Shown here: piece by piece, positions 9,337-19,609 of the stretch
How the letters are laid out: each line of letters begins with the position of its first letter
Position numbering within the stretch: position 1 is the stretch's first letter
Notes under the pieces: generated by a model
Databases searched by the model: none
The model's input: only the letters and a program-made list of their open reading frames with translations
What the model was told of the DNA's origin: nothing
Position numbers and translations under genes: made by a program
From: Pyrinomonadaceae bacterium
GTDB taxonomy: Bacteria; Acidobacteriota; Blastocatellia; Pyrinomonadales; Pyrinomonadaceae
NCBI GenBank assembly: GCA_044228165.1
Contig: JBGAVK010000009.1
Span: 2,998 to 66,997, forward strand
Reading direction: 5' to 3'
Length of the DNA: 64,000 bases

Positions 9337-12300
9337 TTAGCTGGTAAGCCGCCGGTAAATATTGGGCATACGCTCGGGCAAACTCAGAACGTCGTCGATG
9401 ATCGTGTATCCGACGTTTCCATACAGGTCTTTTAGTTCGGCTTCGGATTCGCGGTCGATGGTGATGCAAAACGGCGTGATGCCCGTTGTTTTTGATTCGG
9501 TCAGCGCCTCGCGAACGTCCTCGCGAGCGTAGCGGGCATCGCCATAATCGTGATCGTACGGACGTCCGTCGGTCAGGATGATGAGCAACTTTGTGCGGGC
9601 TTCCTGACGAAGCAGCTTGGCTGACGCATGCCGGATCGCGGCACCGAGACGTGTGTTGTTTTGGAATGTGATGCCGCCGATGCGTTTCTCGATCTCGTCG
9701 GAATATTTCTCGGCGAAATCCTTGACGACGTAGAATTTCACATTTCTGCGGCCTTCGCTCGTAAATCCGTAGATCGAATAGACATCGCCGACCGCCTCGA
9801 GAGCCTCGCTCATCAGCACGAGCCCTTCTTTTTCGATCTCGATGATGCGGCGTCCCGGATGGGTGTATGGTTGCAAAGGGTTTCGTGTGATCGTCCTCGC
9901 CGTAGAGGACGACTGATCGAGCAGGATCGACACGGCCACGTCACGCTGTTTGCGCAGGCGTTTTGTATAAAGCCGATCGGATTGCAGTCCGTCGGCCTTT
10001 CGATCGACCACATAATCGATCACCGCGTTGAGGTCGTAATCTTCGCCGTCGATCTCGCGGTTAATGCGGGTCAGGTTTTCCGGTTTCATTAGCTGAAACT
10101 GGTGCCTGATCGACGAGATCACGCCGCGATAACGCGAACGGGCGATCTCGACAAAGTTTCGGTCGCCCTGTTTCACTTTTTTCTCGATGACGCGGCTCCA
10201 ACCTACGCGATAATCGTTGAGGTCGCGGTCCCATTCGTCATAGGCAAATGCAACATCGTCCGTCTCAAGCGCCTGTTCGGGCACTTCAGTCTGCGACCAG
10301 GCTTCGGAGCCCTGCAGGTCATCGGGCTCGCCTTCGTCATCGAGGCTGTTCCAGGCGTTAAAAAGGTCACGCACGTCCTGCGCCTGTTTCTGCTGATCGC
10401 GTTTTGCCTGATCCTCCGTAATGCCCTCGACAGCGTCTTTGTCATCATAGGCAAAGTCGCTCTTATCTTCGGTCGACTCCGTTTCCTCTTCCTGGGTCTG
10501 TTCGGGCGTTATGTTTTGAAACAGCGTATAGATACGCGAGGTTGCCATCAGGGAATCGGCAACCGTAGAAACTGAAAGCTGAGAACTGAGATCCGCGTTT
10601 TCTGTTTTCAGATCTCCGTTTTGAGGTTGGGAACGTGTTCGACCAAAGAATTTTTCCACGACCGCTTCGATCTCGGAAACAACCTGGCCATAAAACTGTT
10701 TTGCATCATCAGTGGCTCCGCCGCAAAGAGTGATCTGAAAGAGCAACTCAAAGGGCACCTGATATGTTGGCAGATCAAAGATATAGGGGCGGTTCGAACG
10801 CAGGAATGACTGCATCAGGTCGAGGTCAGGAACCAGGCCTCGATAGGCTTGGCGCAGAAGATGGTCGATACGCGCATTTTCCATCGTACCAAAGATCTTT
10901 TTTGCGAGACGCGGCTCGGGAAAAGCCGACAGGACTACCCGGTAGTCAGAATCCTTTGGCAATTTCTTTCGACGTTTTTTAGCTTGGACTCGAATTTCGG
11001 ATTCCGAAAGAGCTTTTTCGGCCCGCCGAACATCTTCCAAATATCCGCCTAGCGAAAAAGCGTCTTTATCATCTTCGGACGCTGAATATAGTTCGGTAAG
11101 CTCAGCGTAAACATCCTTAAGCGCCGGCGTGTCGCGGTCGAATGTCCCGAATTCGATCTGTCCGGCACCGTGGGCGGCGAGCACCTTGTAGAGCTTGAAA
11201 TCCAGATCATCATCGTCGAATTCGGCGATCGATGACGGTAAAAAGATCGTCTTTCCGTCGCCGATGCGCGATTCCTGCGGCATCGCCGAAAGCGGTGCGA
11301 TCTCGACCTCTTTTCCCGTTAAAGCCTCAACATACAATCGCAAGATCGACTGGACCCTCTCCAGCGGCAGCCCGAGCCGCGTCTTCTGAAGGCGATCGTT
11401 CGAAGACCGAGTCTCCAGAGCGAAATAGCTGCGGCGAGCCTTTGAGGACTCATTTTGGTTTTCGGCGAGGCCCTTCGTCACCCATTCTTCGAACTGCTCG
11501 ATCGAGACCTTTCGCATCGCTCCTGAGCTTGACTTGAAAGCCGCGAGAGCGCTTTCAGCATCACTTTCTGCGATCATTGATGTGAGCTGCAAAACACGTC
11601 GGATGTTACCGGCCGAGGCACGTCTTTTGCCATTGAAAGAAGCAAAGAATTTGGGCGTTGCACGTAAGAAGGAAATAAGAACGGCGTTGCCATGCCCCGC
11701 GATCAGACGTGCGAGCGATGCCCAATCGTCAAACGTTGCCGCTGCGACAGCGAGCACGTCGCTGCCCGACGCGATGAAATGGAGAGTGACACTTCCGCCG
11801 AATTCTAAAAACTCGCCGGCTTTGGCGAGCAGCCTTACCGCATTTTCGGCATCAAGTTTCTCGAGCGACACCGGCAGCTGGGCCCACAGATCTGCGGTCA
11901 TTCCGCCGGTTCTGCCGGCGAATTGCGATGCAAGATCGAGCACCGAATCGGCAACCGCATCTTTTCGAGTTTCAAATTCGGCAATAGCATTGACGACCGG
12001 CGGCGTATTTTCCAGAAATTCAGAGCTGTGTTTCGCACTGCGGGCCGCGATCTCGGCGGCTAGGTTTAAGATGCTTTCAAAAAGCTTTTCGTCTTGGATC
12101 GCTGTGGCCAGCTCAGGCAAAATGTTGAATGTCCCGAGGGCGATCGAGCTTGATAGCACCAGTTGGCGTGTACAGATCTGAAAAACAGCCGGTCTTGCCG
12201 CCTCAGGCACCTTTTTGAATGCCGCAACGCCGCTCGCAAAAAAATTTGCGCCAATCTCGGCATTCCCCATCGCGAGCCGCCGGCCGAGCTCGCCCCATTG

Positions 12301-12492
12301 TCGAAGGTCGTCTGCCGACAGGATCTTGGCCGCTTTCGGCACGGCCTCGACAAATTCACGGCTGACACGCAAGCTGACGCCGGCGAGTGCCGCGCTCACC
12401 TCTAGTGCCGCGCGCTTTTTATCATTTGGGAGCCTACCCAAGCGAGTTGCAAGGCCTGTGAGCGATTTTTTTGGGGTTGCGCTATTCTCCAT
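9337..12492 (-). CDS. NorD/CbbO-like protein with C-terminal von Willebrand factor A domain
   Basis: 1051 aa. The C-terminal VWA domain has the MIDAS motif ILLDQSSST plus ILTDGRPYD. The central region resembles NorD/CbbO ([25 protein letters not shown]). The stop lies 9 nt before the ABC-F start. Confidence 0.75.
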   Translation of the reverse strand: MENSATPKKSLTGLATRLGRLPNDKKRAALEVSAALAGVSLRVSREFVEAVPKAAKILSADDLRQWGELGRRLAMGNAEIGANFFASGVAAFKKVPEAARPAVFQICTRQLVLSSSIALGTFNILPELATAIQDEKLFESILNLAAEIAARSAKHSSEFLENTPPVVNAIAEFETRKDAVADSVLDLASQFAGRTGGMTADLWAQLPVSLEKLDAENAVRLLAKAGEFLEFGGSVTLHFIASGSDVLAVAAATFDDWASLARLIAGHGNAVLISFLRATPKFFASFNGKRRASAGNIRRVLQLTSMIAESDAESALAAFKSSSGAMRKVSIEQFEEWVTKGLAENQNESSKARRSYFALETRSSNDRLQKTRLGLPLERVQSILRLYVEALTGKEVEIAPLSAMPQESRIGDGKTIFLPSSIAEFDDDDLDFKLYKVLAAHGAGQIEFGTFDRDTPALKDVYAELTELYSASEDDKDAFSLGGYLEDVRRAEKALSESEIRVQAKKRRKKLPKDSDYRVVLSAFPEPRLAKKIFGTMENARIDHLLRQAYRGLVPDLDLMQSFLRSNRPYIFDLPTYQVPFELLFQITLCGGATDDAKQFYGQVVSEIEAVVEKFFGRTRSQPQNGDLKTENADLSSQLSVSTVADSLMATSRIYTLFQNITPEQTQEEETESTEDKSDFAYDDKDAVEGITEDQAKRDQQKQAQDVRDLFNAWNSLDDEGEPDDLQGSEAWSQTEVPEQALETDDVAFAYDEWDRDLNDYRVGWSRVIEKKVKQGDRNFVEIARSRYRGVISSIRHQFQLMKPENLTRINREIDGEDYDLNAVIDYVVDRKADGLQSDRLYTKRLRKQRDVAVSILLDQSSSTARTITRNPLQPYTHPGRRIIEIEKEGLVLMSEALEAVGDVYSIYGFTSEGRRNVKFYVVKDFAEKYSDEIEKRIGGITFQNNTRLGAAIRHASAKLLRQEARTKLLIILTDGRPYDHDYGDARYAREDVREALTESKTTGITPFCITIDRESEAELKDLYGNVGYTIIDDVLSLPERMPNIYRRLTS

Positions 12493-12591
12493 TTATAATT
12501 CAAGTCTAAGAACTACTGCCTATATTGTCCAAAACAGGGAACATATCTCTGGCTTGGGTCGTTAATTTGGGTTTGCCGGGAGCAAATACGT

Positions 12592-13401
12592 ATGAAAAAA
12601 CAGTTATATTTGATACTGATCGGGGCCATGTTCCATCTGGGCTCGATCTTCGCCGCCGCGCAGACAACCGCTTTCCGTTACAGGCCTGAACGGGTGGCGG
12701 TCGGCACTGTTTATCATTACCTCAAGACCAACATTGACGGTTCTCAACCCGAAAATATTTCTCTATACATTGCCAGTCAGAATCGAATCGAATCCTTTAA
12801 ATTTCACGAAAAAGGCACGCGTGCGGGACTTGTGACCGCAGATATGGATTGGCAAACTTTCAGCCCCAAGAAACTCGAATCATGGCAGGTTGTTTCAAAG
12901 GACGAGCGTCGGCTATTTGCAACATTGACCCTTGACCCAGATAACAAGACGGTCGATGTTTTGATCCCGGCAATGAGACCTGAAAAAGAAGCCGCTCAAT
13001 TAGGTATGCTCCCGTTTCATCTCTACAATTTTGACCTCGCGAGCCTAAATGTATCGTTTCCCCATTTGATCAAGCCAAAGGGGGCTTTTACCATTGGCAT
13101 TGCCGACCCTACCTTTAAGGCAGACGGCGCGATGTTTGCTTACCGAGGCGAACTAATGGTCAATTTTGAAAAAGACGAAAGACACAACGGTTCAATTTGC
13201 CGGCGATACAAAGCAGCGGGGCCCGGCATCGGCGGAACTGGCACGATCTGGGTGAATAAGGCGGGAAATTACATCGAAGATATGGAGTTCGACGTCGCAA
13301 ACAACCCCGATTGGAAAACATTCAAACTGAAGCTCATGAAAAAGGAAAAAATAAACGCCGACGGATGGCAGCGGTTTATCGCAGCCCATTTTGGAAAATA
13401 A
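12592..13401 (+). CDS. secreted hypothetical protein
   Basis: 269 aa with signal peptide MKKQLYLILIGAMFHLGSIFAAAQ. No family recognised. Confidence 0.6.
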   Translation: MKKQLYLILIGAMFHLGSIFAAAQTTAFRYRPERVAVGTVYHYLKTNIDGSQPENISLYIASQNRIESFKFHEKGTRAGLVTADMDWQTFSPKKLESWQVVSKDERRLFATLTLDPDNKTVDVLIPAMRPEKEAAQLGMLPFHLYNFDLASLNVSFPHLIKPKGAFTIGIADPTFKADGAMFAYRGELMVNFEKDERHNGSICRRYKAAGPGIGGTGTIWVNKAGNYIEDMEFDVANNPDWKTFKLKLMKKEKINADGWQRFIAAHFGK

Positions 13402-13406
13402 ATTGT

Positions 13407-13625
13407 CTAATGATGATGGTCGCCGTCGGCGGCGTTCAATTTGCTGGGGTCGAGCAGCTTTGAGAAATCATCGAAGTGGAACATCGTATCGTCCTTACAA
13501 TGTTCACAATAGAACGTGACGTCCTCTCCGAGATACATATCTTTCAGATGATACGCGATAAAGCAGCCGTAGCAACGTTGAATGCGTTTGCCAAAATCTT
13601 CGAGAATGTGATGTTCCGGTTCCAT
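13407..13625 (-). CDS. small CxxC...CxxC zinc-ribbon-like protein
   Basis: 72 aa with CYGC and CEHC pairs and a His-rich C-terminus. It starts 27 nt after the lpxA stop on the same strand. Confidence 0.45.
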   Translation of the reverse strand: MEPEHHILEDFGKRIQRCYGCFIAYHLKDMYLGEDVTFYCEHCKDDTMFHFDDFSKLLDPSKLNAADGDHHH

Positions 13626-13652
13626 AGTTTACGTCGGTCGCGGCTTTCGCCG

Positions 13653-14432
13653 CTATTTCACCACGCCGCGTTTCGAAGCAGTGATAAAGTCAACAACGAG
13701 ATCGACCTCTTTACAGCCGGTGATATCTTCGCGTATTTTCTCGACAGCTTGCGTAGTGTTGAGCCTTGACGAGAGCAGAATGTGGAAGGCACGATTTAGT
13801 TTTTCGATCACGTCGCGCGAATATCCCCGCCGTTTCATGCCCAGGCGATTCATTCCGTAACATTTAGCGTGATTTCCCTGTATGATCGCAAACGGCATGG
13901 CGTCCTTGACCACGACCGAATAACCGCCGATAAACGCCTCATAGCCGACCCGGCAAAATTGGTGCACACCGGAATAGGCTCCGACGCTTGCCTTGTCGGC
14001 GATCTCGACATGGCCTGCGAGCGTCGCGGCGTTTGCCATGATTATTTCGCTGCCGAGCTGACAATCGTGAGCGACATGTGCCTGTGCCATCAATAAATTT
14101 CCGTCGCCGATGCGGGTTACTCCGCCGCCGCCGGCCGTGCCCCGGTGGATAGTAACAAATTCGCGGATGTGGTTTTGTTTGCCGATCTCGGTGGATGTCG
14201 GCTCGCCAGCGTATTTCAAGTCCTGGGGACCGAGCCCGATCGACACGAACGGATATACATGCGTCTCATCGCCGATAGTCGTTCGCCCGTCAATGACCAC
14301 GTGCGAATCGAGCCGCACGCCGTCGCCGAGCGTCACTTCGTCACCGATCGTGCAAAACGCACCGATATGACATCCGTCGCCGATGATCGCCTGCTGGCTG
14401 ACTATCGCTGAACCATGAATGAATGAAGACAT
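13653..14432 (-). CDS. lpxA: acyl-ACP:UDP-N-acetylglucosamine O-acyltransferase
   Basis: 259 aa. Left-handed beta-helix hexapeptide repeats are followed by the LpxA-type helical C-terminal domain. It sits in a fabZ-lpxA context. Confidence 0.92.
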   Translation of the reverse strand: MSSFIHGSAIVSQQAIIGDGCHIGAFCTIGDEVTLGDGVRLDSHVVIDGRTTIGDETHVYPFVSIGLGPQDLKYAGEPTSTEIGKQNHIREFVTIHRGTAGGGGVTRIGDGNLLMAQAHVAHDCQLGSEIIMANAATLAGHVEIADKASVGAYSGVHQFCRVGYEAFIGGYSVVVKDAMPFAIIQGNHAKCYGMNRLGMKRRGYSRDVIEKLNRAFHILLSSRLNTTQAVEKIREDITGCKEVDLVVDFITASKRGVVK

Positions 14433-14440
14433 AAAGCGGT

Positions 14441-14734
14441 CTAATTGGTGTACCCGGCAGGGCCGTCGACAGGACGAGTTTCACCGCCGCCGTTCTGCCG
14501 TCCCGCCTTACGAAAGATCGTCCAGGTAGCAAAGATCATTGCGGGAATAGAAATGATCAACCCGAGTATCGCCCCGCCAACGAGGCATGTGAGAAATCCG
14601 TAAACACCTAATCTCGATTGCCCCTTCTTATAACCTACGATCAACGGGATCAAACCCAGTATCAGCCCGAGACCCGCATTGAACAAAGCGGCGTAGATCA
14701 TCAGTTCCTGAGGGGGCATTTTAGTCGGGTCCAT
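14441..14734 (-). CDS. small integral membrane protein (about 3 TM helices) between fabZ and lpxA
   Basis: 97-aa hydrophobic ORF, spaced 8 to 12 nt from both neighbours. Confidence 0.5.
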   Translation of the reverse strand: MDPTKMPPQELMIYAALFNAGLGLILGLIPLIVGYKKGQSRLGVYGFLTCLVGGAILGLIISIPAMIFATWTIFRKAGRQNGGGETRPVDGPAGYTN

Positions 14735-14746
14735 GGTTCATTTCTC

Positions 14747-15193
14747 CTATTGATCACTGCGATTAGCAATTATCGATAATATCTCCGCTTCAGCGGTGAT
14801 CTGGCCGTCAACGCTGGCGACACCGTGCATTTTTTGGACGCGGCTACCGATCCTGAGGGCCGTCACCTCTAGCTTGAGTGTATCGCCGGGGACGACCGGG
14901 CGGCGAAACCGGCAATTGTCGATCCCGGTAAAGAACGGTATCTTGTCATCACGGTCCTCAAACTCACGAAGTGCAAGTATCGCACCGACCTGAGCCAATG
15001 CCTCGATCTGAAGCACTCCCGGCATCACTGGCGCCCCCGGGAAATGTCCCGTAAAGAAGTGTTCGTTTACGGTGACCTGTTTGATACCGACGATGCGGAC
15101 ACGCGGTTCGAGTTCGATGATCTTATCGACCAGCAAAAACGGATACCGATGCGGCAAAATATTCTGGATCGCTACTGAATCAAGGATGGACAT
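14747..15193 (-). CDS. fabZ: 3-hydroxyacyl-ACP dehydratase FabZ
   Basis: Hotdog fold with the motif HFFTGHFPGAPVMPGVLQIEALAQ. Confidence 0.93.
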   Translation of the reverse strand: MSILDSVAIQNILPHRYPFLLVDKIIELEPRVRIVGIKQVTVNEHFFTGHFPGAPVMPGVLQIEALAQVGAILALREFEDRDDKIPFFTGIDNCRFRRPVVPGDTLKLEVTALRIGSRVQKMHGVASVDGQITAEAEILSIIANRSDQ

Positions 15194-15226
15194 AATGTCG
15201 GTCGATTAAACAACGTATAAGCCAAA

Positions 15227-15253
15227 AGCCGGCAAAATGCAATTTCGCCGGCT
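15227..15253 (-). terminator. hairpin between skp and fabZ (possible partial terminator or attenuator)
   Basis: AGCCGGC pairs with GCCGGCT across a 13-nt loop. On the minus strand it is followed by TTTGGCTT. Confidence 0.35.
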
Positions 15254-15285
15254 AATGGTGAAGCGGAAAAGTTAACCTAAAATAC

Positions 15286-15909
15286 TTACGGCTTCGGCGT
15301 CGCCACTGCCGCAGTCCCTGCCGGTTTGGTATTAAAATAGGTTATGAAATCCTTAGTTATGTTGGCCGAGGTATCAAGCGAGAGGATCGCATTTGCATTG
15401 GCGAGAGCCGCAATGTCCAGAATGACAGCGTACCCTTTTGCTTTGGCAAAATCCTGGATCGAGCGGCTGATCTCAGCCGATACCGGTCCGAGAACCTCTC
15501 CGCTGCGTTTTTCGACAGCGGCGTCATACTCTTTCTTCTTGAATTCGAACTCACGCTGCAGACGCTGGCCTTCATCCTGCTTGGCGGCGGCCGCCTTCTG
15601 ATCTACTGGAACTGCCGGATTGGATGTCATCTTTGCCAGATCTTCCGAGATCGTTTTGAGCTTTGTCTGAATGCCGTTCAATTCGGTCACACGCGGCTTC
15701 ATTTCAGCGTCAAGAGCGTTTAACGCGTTGACATACTTGGTAACGCCGTTCAGGCCTTTTTCGTCACCGCCAAACGCGGCCGTGTCGATCCAACCGATCT
15801 TTGTAGCCGCGGTCTGCCCTCCCGCAGGGGTGCCCGTCTGGGCAAATGCGGACACGGCAAAAATAGCAGCGAATACAAGACTAACGGCTATCGTACTAAT
15901 TCTTTTCAT
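15286..15909 (-). CDS. OmpH/Skp-family periplasmic chaperone
   Basis: 207 aa with a signal peptide and a long coiled-coil region. It lies immediately downstream of bamA. Confidence 0.8.
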   Translation of the reverse strand: MKRISTIAVSLVFAAIFAVSAFAQTGTPAGGQTAATKIGWIDTAAFGGDEKGLNGVTKYVNALNALDAEMKPRVTELNGIQTKLKTISEDLAKMTSNPAVPVDQKAAAAKQDEGQRLQREFEFKKKEYDAAVEKRSGEVLGPVSAEISRSIQDFAKAKGYAVILDIAALANANAILSLDTSANITKDFITYFNTKPAGTAAVATPKP

Positions 15910-16104
15910 TATGGTTGTAAAACTCCTTAAGCTAACAGAAAGGCTTAATTACCTCTCATATCTATACATTTCTTTGAAACTAATTTTACGCAAACTGTTG
16001 CTCGCTCGTTTCGAAAAAAGAATGGCAATAGTAAATAAACGCCACTTCAAAGTCAAAGGGCATGACGCGAGTATGCCGTTTCTTAGCGTAGGCCTTCGTA
16101 CTCT

Positions 16105-19100
16105 TTAGAAAGTGCGTCCGACCGTAAACCTGAATCCCTGACGTTTGCCGGGGAGGTAGATCCCGGGCAATTCCTCGGTATAACCGAGCTTGGCGTTCGG
16201 ATTGTAGTAATAGATCAGGCGGAACGGCACATTGACGATCGGCACCTGAACTCTAAGCTCCACACCGACGCTTGCCTTAAAATCACCCAGCTTTCCAAAC
16301 TTGGCATCATCGACCTTAAGCAGAGAATTCTGCTGGACCTCGCCTCGCAAATAAAGCTGCTGAACCTGCGGCGAAAGGCTGGTCGGGCATCCAAAACGGT
16401 TTCCGCGGCAAAATTCATTGATAAAATCCGTCTTGGTCATTACGCGGCCGCGATAATAAAGAAGACTGGCGTAGCTGCTCTCCAACACGGGCGTATTGAT
16501 CAATGCCAGCGCCGTCAAACGGCCTGCACCGATAAACGTATCGTCGTTGAGGTATTCGCTGTTGATGGTCTGAGTTCCCGTCTTACGAAGATTAAACACA
16601 GAACCAACATCGGCAAAGACAGCCATCGTGGCCGGGCCAAAGATCGGTATGCGGTATTCAAGATTGGCGAGCAGCTCGGTGTCGCCGCCAATAAAGCGAT
16701 AGTTACGCGAATAAAGCGCCGGATTAGCACCGGCGGCACCCGTCAGTTGGCCGATAGTGGCAATTTCATTCAGGGTTCGAGCATCGAGTCCAAAATCGGT
16801 CACCGGTGTTCCGGACGCATTCGTCGCGACTTTGACGTTTCGCGTGGTCACATAAGTATCGAACGGAGCAACCGGGCCGATAGATCGCGAATTGTAGCCG
16901 CGGATATCGTTCTCGCTGCCGAGATAGTACCTTTCGTAAGCCGGAACACCGCCGACGAACGAGATCGAGTTGGCATTGCGGATCTTATCGGTGATCGACC
17001 ATGTTCCGATCGTTCCCGCCTGAATTCTGAACGCAAGCACCTCAGGGTTTTTCGATTTCTTCTTTCGGACCGGAATGAACTGCGAATATTGAATATTCGG
17101 CTGATAAGTTCGAACATCTCCACCGAGTCCGGCAAAGGACATAGACACGGACAGCGACTTACCGGAAAGCGTGTCAATTCCGTTGGCAGCCGGCTGACGG
17201 GTGTCAAAGGCAAATGTACCGGTGACACGGCTCGTCAAAATGCTCGGCTGACGGTAAATGACCGGAATGCGGGCCGACGGATCGGCGGAAGCATTCACCT
17301 CAGGGTCCGCGATGCTTGTCGCTGAGAGCTGATATGTCAGGCCAACACGACTAAATTGGGTGAAACGCCTTTTCTTAAAAAAAAGCTCAGAAAGCGGTGC
17401 CGTCGCGAAAACATTTGCCCCGTAGGTGCTCTGCGTAAAGAGATTGCTCTCATCCGTAGTCACCTGGCCATAGGGATTATATAGATCGTTAAGCAGGTCC
17501 TGATTTTGCGTCAGGAATGTGCCCTCGCCAAAGAATTTGTAACGGCTGGCAAATAGAGAGAAGCCGACCGATATCGGCCGTTCGCGGAAATATGGTTCCT
17601 GATACGTGAACTGCAGGCTCTGCTGACGGTTGCCAACCCCTGCGTTAAAGGAAAGTATCTCACCGCGGCCGGCGAGGTTATTGGTCGAATATTCGAGCCC
17701 GAAAAACGAACCGCCAATGCCCGACAATCCGCCGTTGAACGAGATCTGTTGACGGCCTTTTTCTTTGACCTTAACAATCAGGTCAACGTCCCCTTTTTCT
17801 TCGTCGGTACGGATCTCGACGTCCTGATCTTTATCGATCGGATCGAAATACTGGGTTTGATTAAGCCGGGCGACCGAAATATCAAGGAAATTCTGGTTAT
17901 AGATATCGCCTTCGTTTAGCAGGAATTCACGGCGCATCACCCTGTCGCGGGTGAATGTATTGCCGGTAAATTCCAATCGGCGAAGCGTGAACTGCCGCCC
18001 CTCGTCAACCGTGATCGTGATATCGACAACGCCCTCGTCCGGTTTTGCAGGGTTATCTTTAAAGACCGGATCGAACTCGGCATTATATTGAACAAAACCC
18101 TGTGAGCCGTAAACTTTTTTCAGGTCCTCATAGACGGCTTCCTGCAGACGTTTGCCGTCGGCGATCTCGCCCTTCTTTAGCCCGACGTAACCGAGTATCT
18201 GCTGTTCCGAAAAGATCGAGTTGCCCTCAACCTTTAGCTCGCCGACACGAAAGACCTTGCCCTCGGTGACCGGCACCCTGATCTTGAGCGTGTCATCCAT
18301 TGATGTGACCAACGGGATCGGGAAAAGCTTAACGATTGGGAATCCGGTGCGTTTGTAACCGAGGCCGATGACCTCAGGCTCCCCGATGCGGGCCTGGAAA
18401 TAGCCCTTTGAGAACATATAGGCCTTTACATTCTTTTGCAGGTCGTATTCAAGTTTTCTCAGGTCGAGGATGTCCGTCCCCTTGACACGCGAGATCAGGC
18501 CGGTTTCCTTGATGAGCGTGAGAGCACCGCGCAGCTCTTTATCTTTGAATTTTTGATTTCCCTCAAACTCGATCTCGACGATACGCGAGCGGTTGCCCTG
18601 TTCGATCTGGAAGGTAACAGCGATCGAGGTCGCCGAGACCTCTTCTTCCTGCACGGTCACTTTTGCATTCGGATAACCCTTACCGGCAAGCAGTTCGCGC
18701 AACACGCGGGTCGCCGCCCGAGCCTTGACCGGGTCATAGATCTGTTCCTTTGAAACACCGACACGCTTTTCGCGAAATTCCTTAAGAATGTCAGATTCCT
18801 GCAGAGCCTTTGTTCCTTTGAACTGCAAATCACGAATAATGGGCCATTCGCGTACCTCAAAGATCACGTTCACACCGCCGCGAATGCCGTCCTCAGTCAG
18901 GACGCGGGTCGCGGTTTTGTCAAAGAAATTAAGCGATAGGAGTTCTTTTAGGTCGCGTTCGAGAGCTGCCGGGTCATAGACGTCGCCGGGACGCGTCTTG
19001 ATGTAATAAAGCAGATCTTCGTCACGCAGACGGCGATTGCCCTGGATATCGACACTTTCGACGACCTGCTGAACGGAAGCGGCGCGATTGCCGGCCTTTG

Positions 19101-19191
19101 GGTTCGAATTGTCGCCGGTTCCGGCTATGGCCGGAAAAGCCAAAAGTGCCGTCACCAATGCTGCCAACCCGAGTGCGCGTAACTTGTACAT
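16105..19191 (-). CDS. bamA: outer membrane protein assembly factor BamA
   Basis: 1028 aa with a signal peptide, POTRA repeats and a C-terminal Omp85 beta-barrel ending in ...GFRFTVGRTF with a terminal aromatic residue. Confidence 0.92.
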   Translation of the reverse strand: MYKLRALGLAALVTALLAFPAIAGTGDNSNPKAGNRAASVQQVVESVDIQGNRRLRDEDLLYYIKTRPGDVYDPAALERDLKELLSLNFFDKTATRVLTEDGIRGGVNVIFEVREWPIIRDLQFKGTKALQESDILKEFREKRVGVSKEQIYDPVKARAATRVLRELLAGKGYPNAKVTVQEEEVSATSIAVTFQIEQGNRSRIVEIEFEGNQKFKDKELRGALTLIKETGLISRVKGTDILDLRKLEYDLQKNVKAYMFSKGYFQARIGEPEVIGLGYKRTGFPIVKLFPIPLVTSMDDTLKIRVPVTEGKVFRVGELKVEGNSIFSEQQILGYVGLKKGEIADGKRLQEAVYEDLKKVYGSQGFVQYNAEFDPVFKDNPAKPDEGVVDITITVDEGRQFTLRRLEFTGNTFTRDRVMRREFLLNEGDIYNQNFLDISVARLNQTQYFDPIDKDQDVEIRTDEEKGDVDLIVKVKEKGRQQISFNGGLSGIGGSFFGLEYSTNNLAGRGEILSFNAGVGNRQQSLQFTYQEPYFRERPISVGFSLFASRYKFFGEGTFLTQNQDLLNDLYNPYGQVTTDESNLFTQSTYGANVFATAPLSELFFKKRRFTQFSRVGLTYQLSATSIADPEVNASADPSARIPVIYRQPSILTSRVTGTFAFDTRQPAANGIDTLSGKSLSVSMSFAGLGGDVRTYQPNIQYSQFIPVRKKKSKNPEVLAFRIQAGTIGTWSITDKIRNANSISFVGGVPAYERYYLGSENDIRGYNSRSIGPVAPFDTYVTTRNVKVATNASGTPVTDFGLDARTLNEIATIGQLTGAAGANPALYSRNYRFIGGDTELLANLEYRIPIFGPATMAVFADVGSVFNLRKTGTQTINSEYLNDDTFIGAGRLTALALINTPVLESSYASLLYYRGRVMTKTDFINEFCRGNRFGCPTSLSPQVQQLYLRGEVQQNSLLKVDDAKFGKLGDFKASVGVELRVQVPIVNVPFRLIYYYNPNAKLGYTEELPGIYLPGKRQGFRFTVGRTF

Positions 19192-19609
19192 ATAAAATGC
19201 GAAACTTCCCTATTAATGCAATTGATCGCTTCTAACGAGAAGCTTCATTTTCGCCGTTGCCTTGAAAATATAGTCCTAGGATAGATCAACAAAAAAGGCA
19301 TTTCAAAGCAAGGTTTTGACTTGCCAATTGGATTCACCCAACCCTTTCGAGGTTGCCTTATCCGGATCCACCTGCAAACTTACGAATTATACAAGGAAAA
19401 TGCTAGAACCGCGAACGATAGCAGAGGAGTTTTATCTAAAAGTGTCAGAGAAAGGAGTCAACAAAAGCAGGATTTGGACTTTGAGTGCGACGAATTTAAG
19501 TCGCACGAACTTAAGCAGGGCATTTCCGTCAGCATTTCGCTCGACCGGTAGGAGCACTGCGCCGTTCACCGCCGAAATCTATCGGATAATGACCGTCAGG
19601 CTTTTATCC

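Noticed and set aside
7275-12492. Genomic island integrated at the tRNA-CAU gene
   Set aside because: I found no integrase or recombinase and no repeat of the tRNA 3' end in the window. The neighbouring genes (ABC-F, VWA) have the same composition and codon style as the rest of the window.
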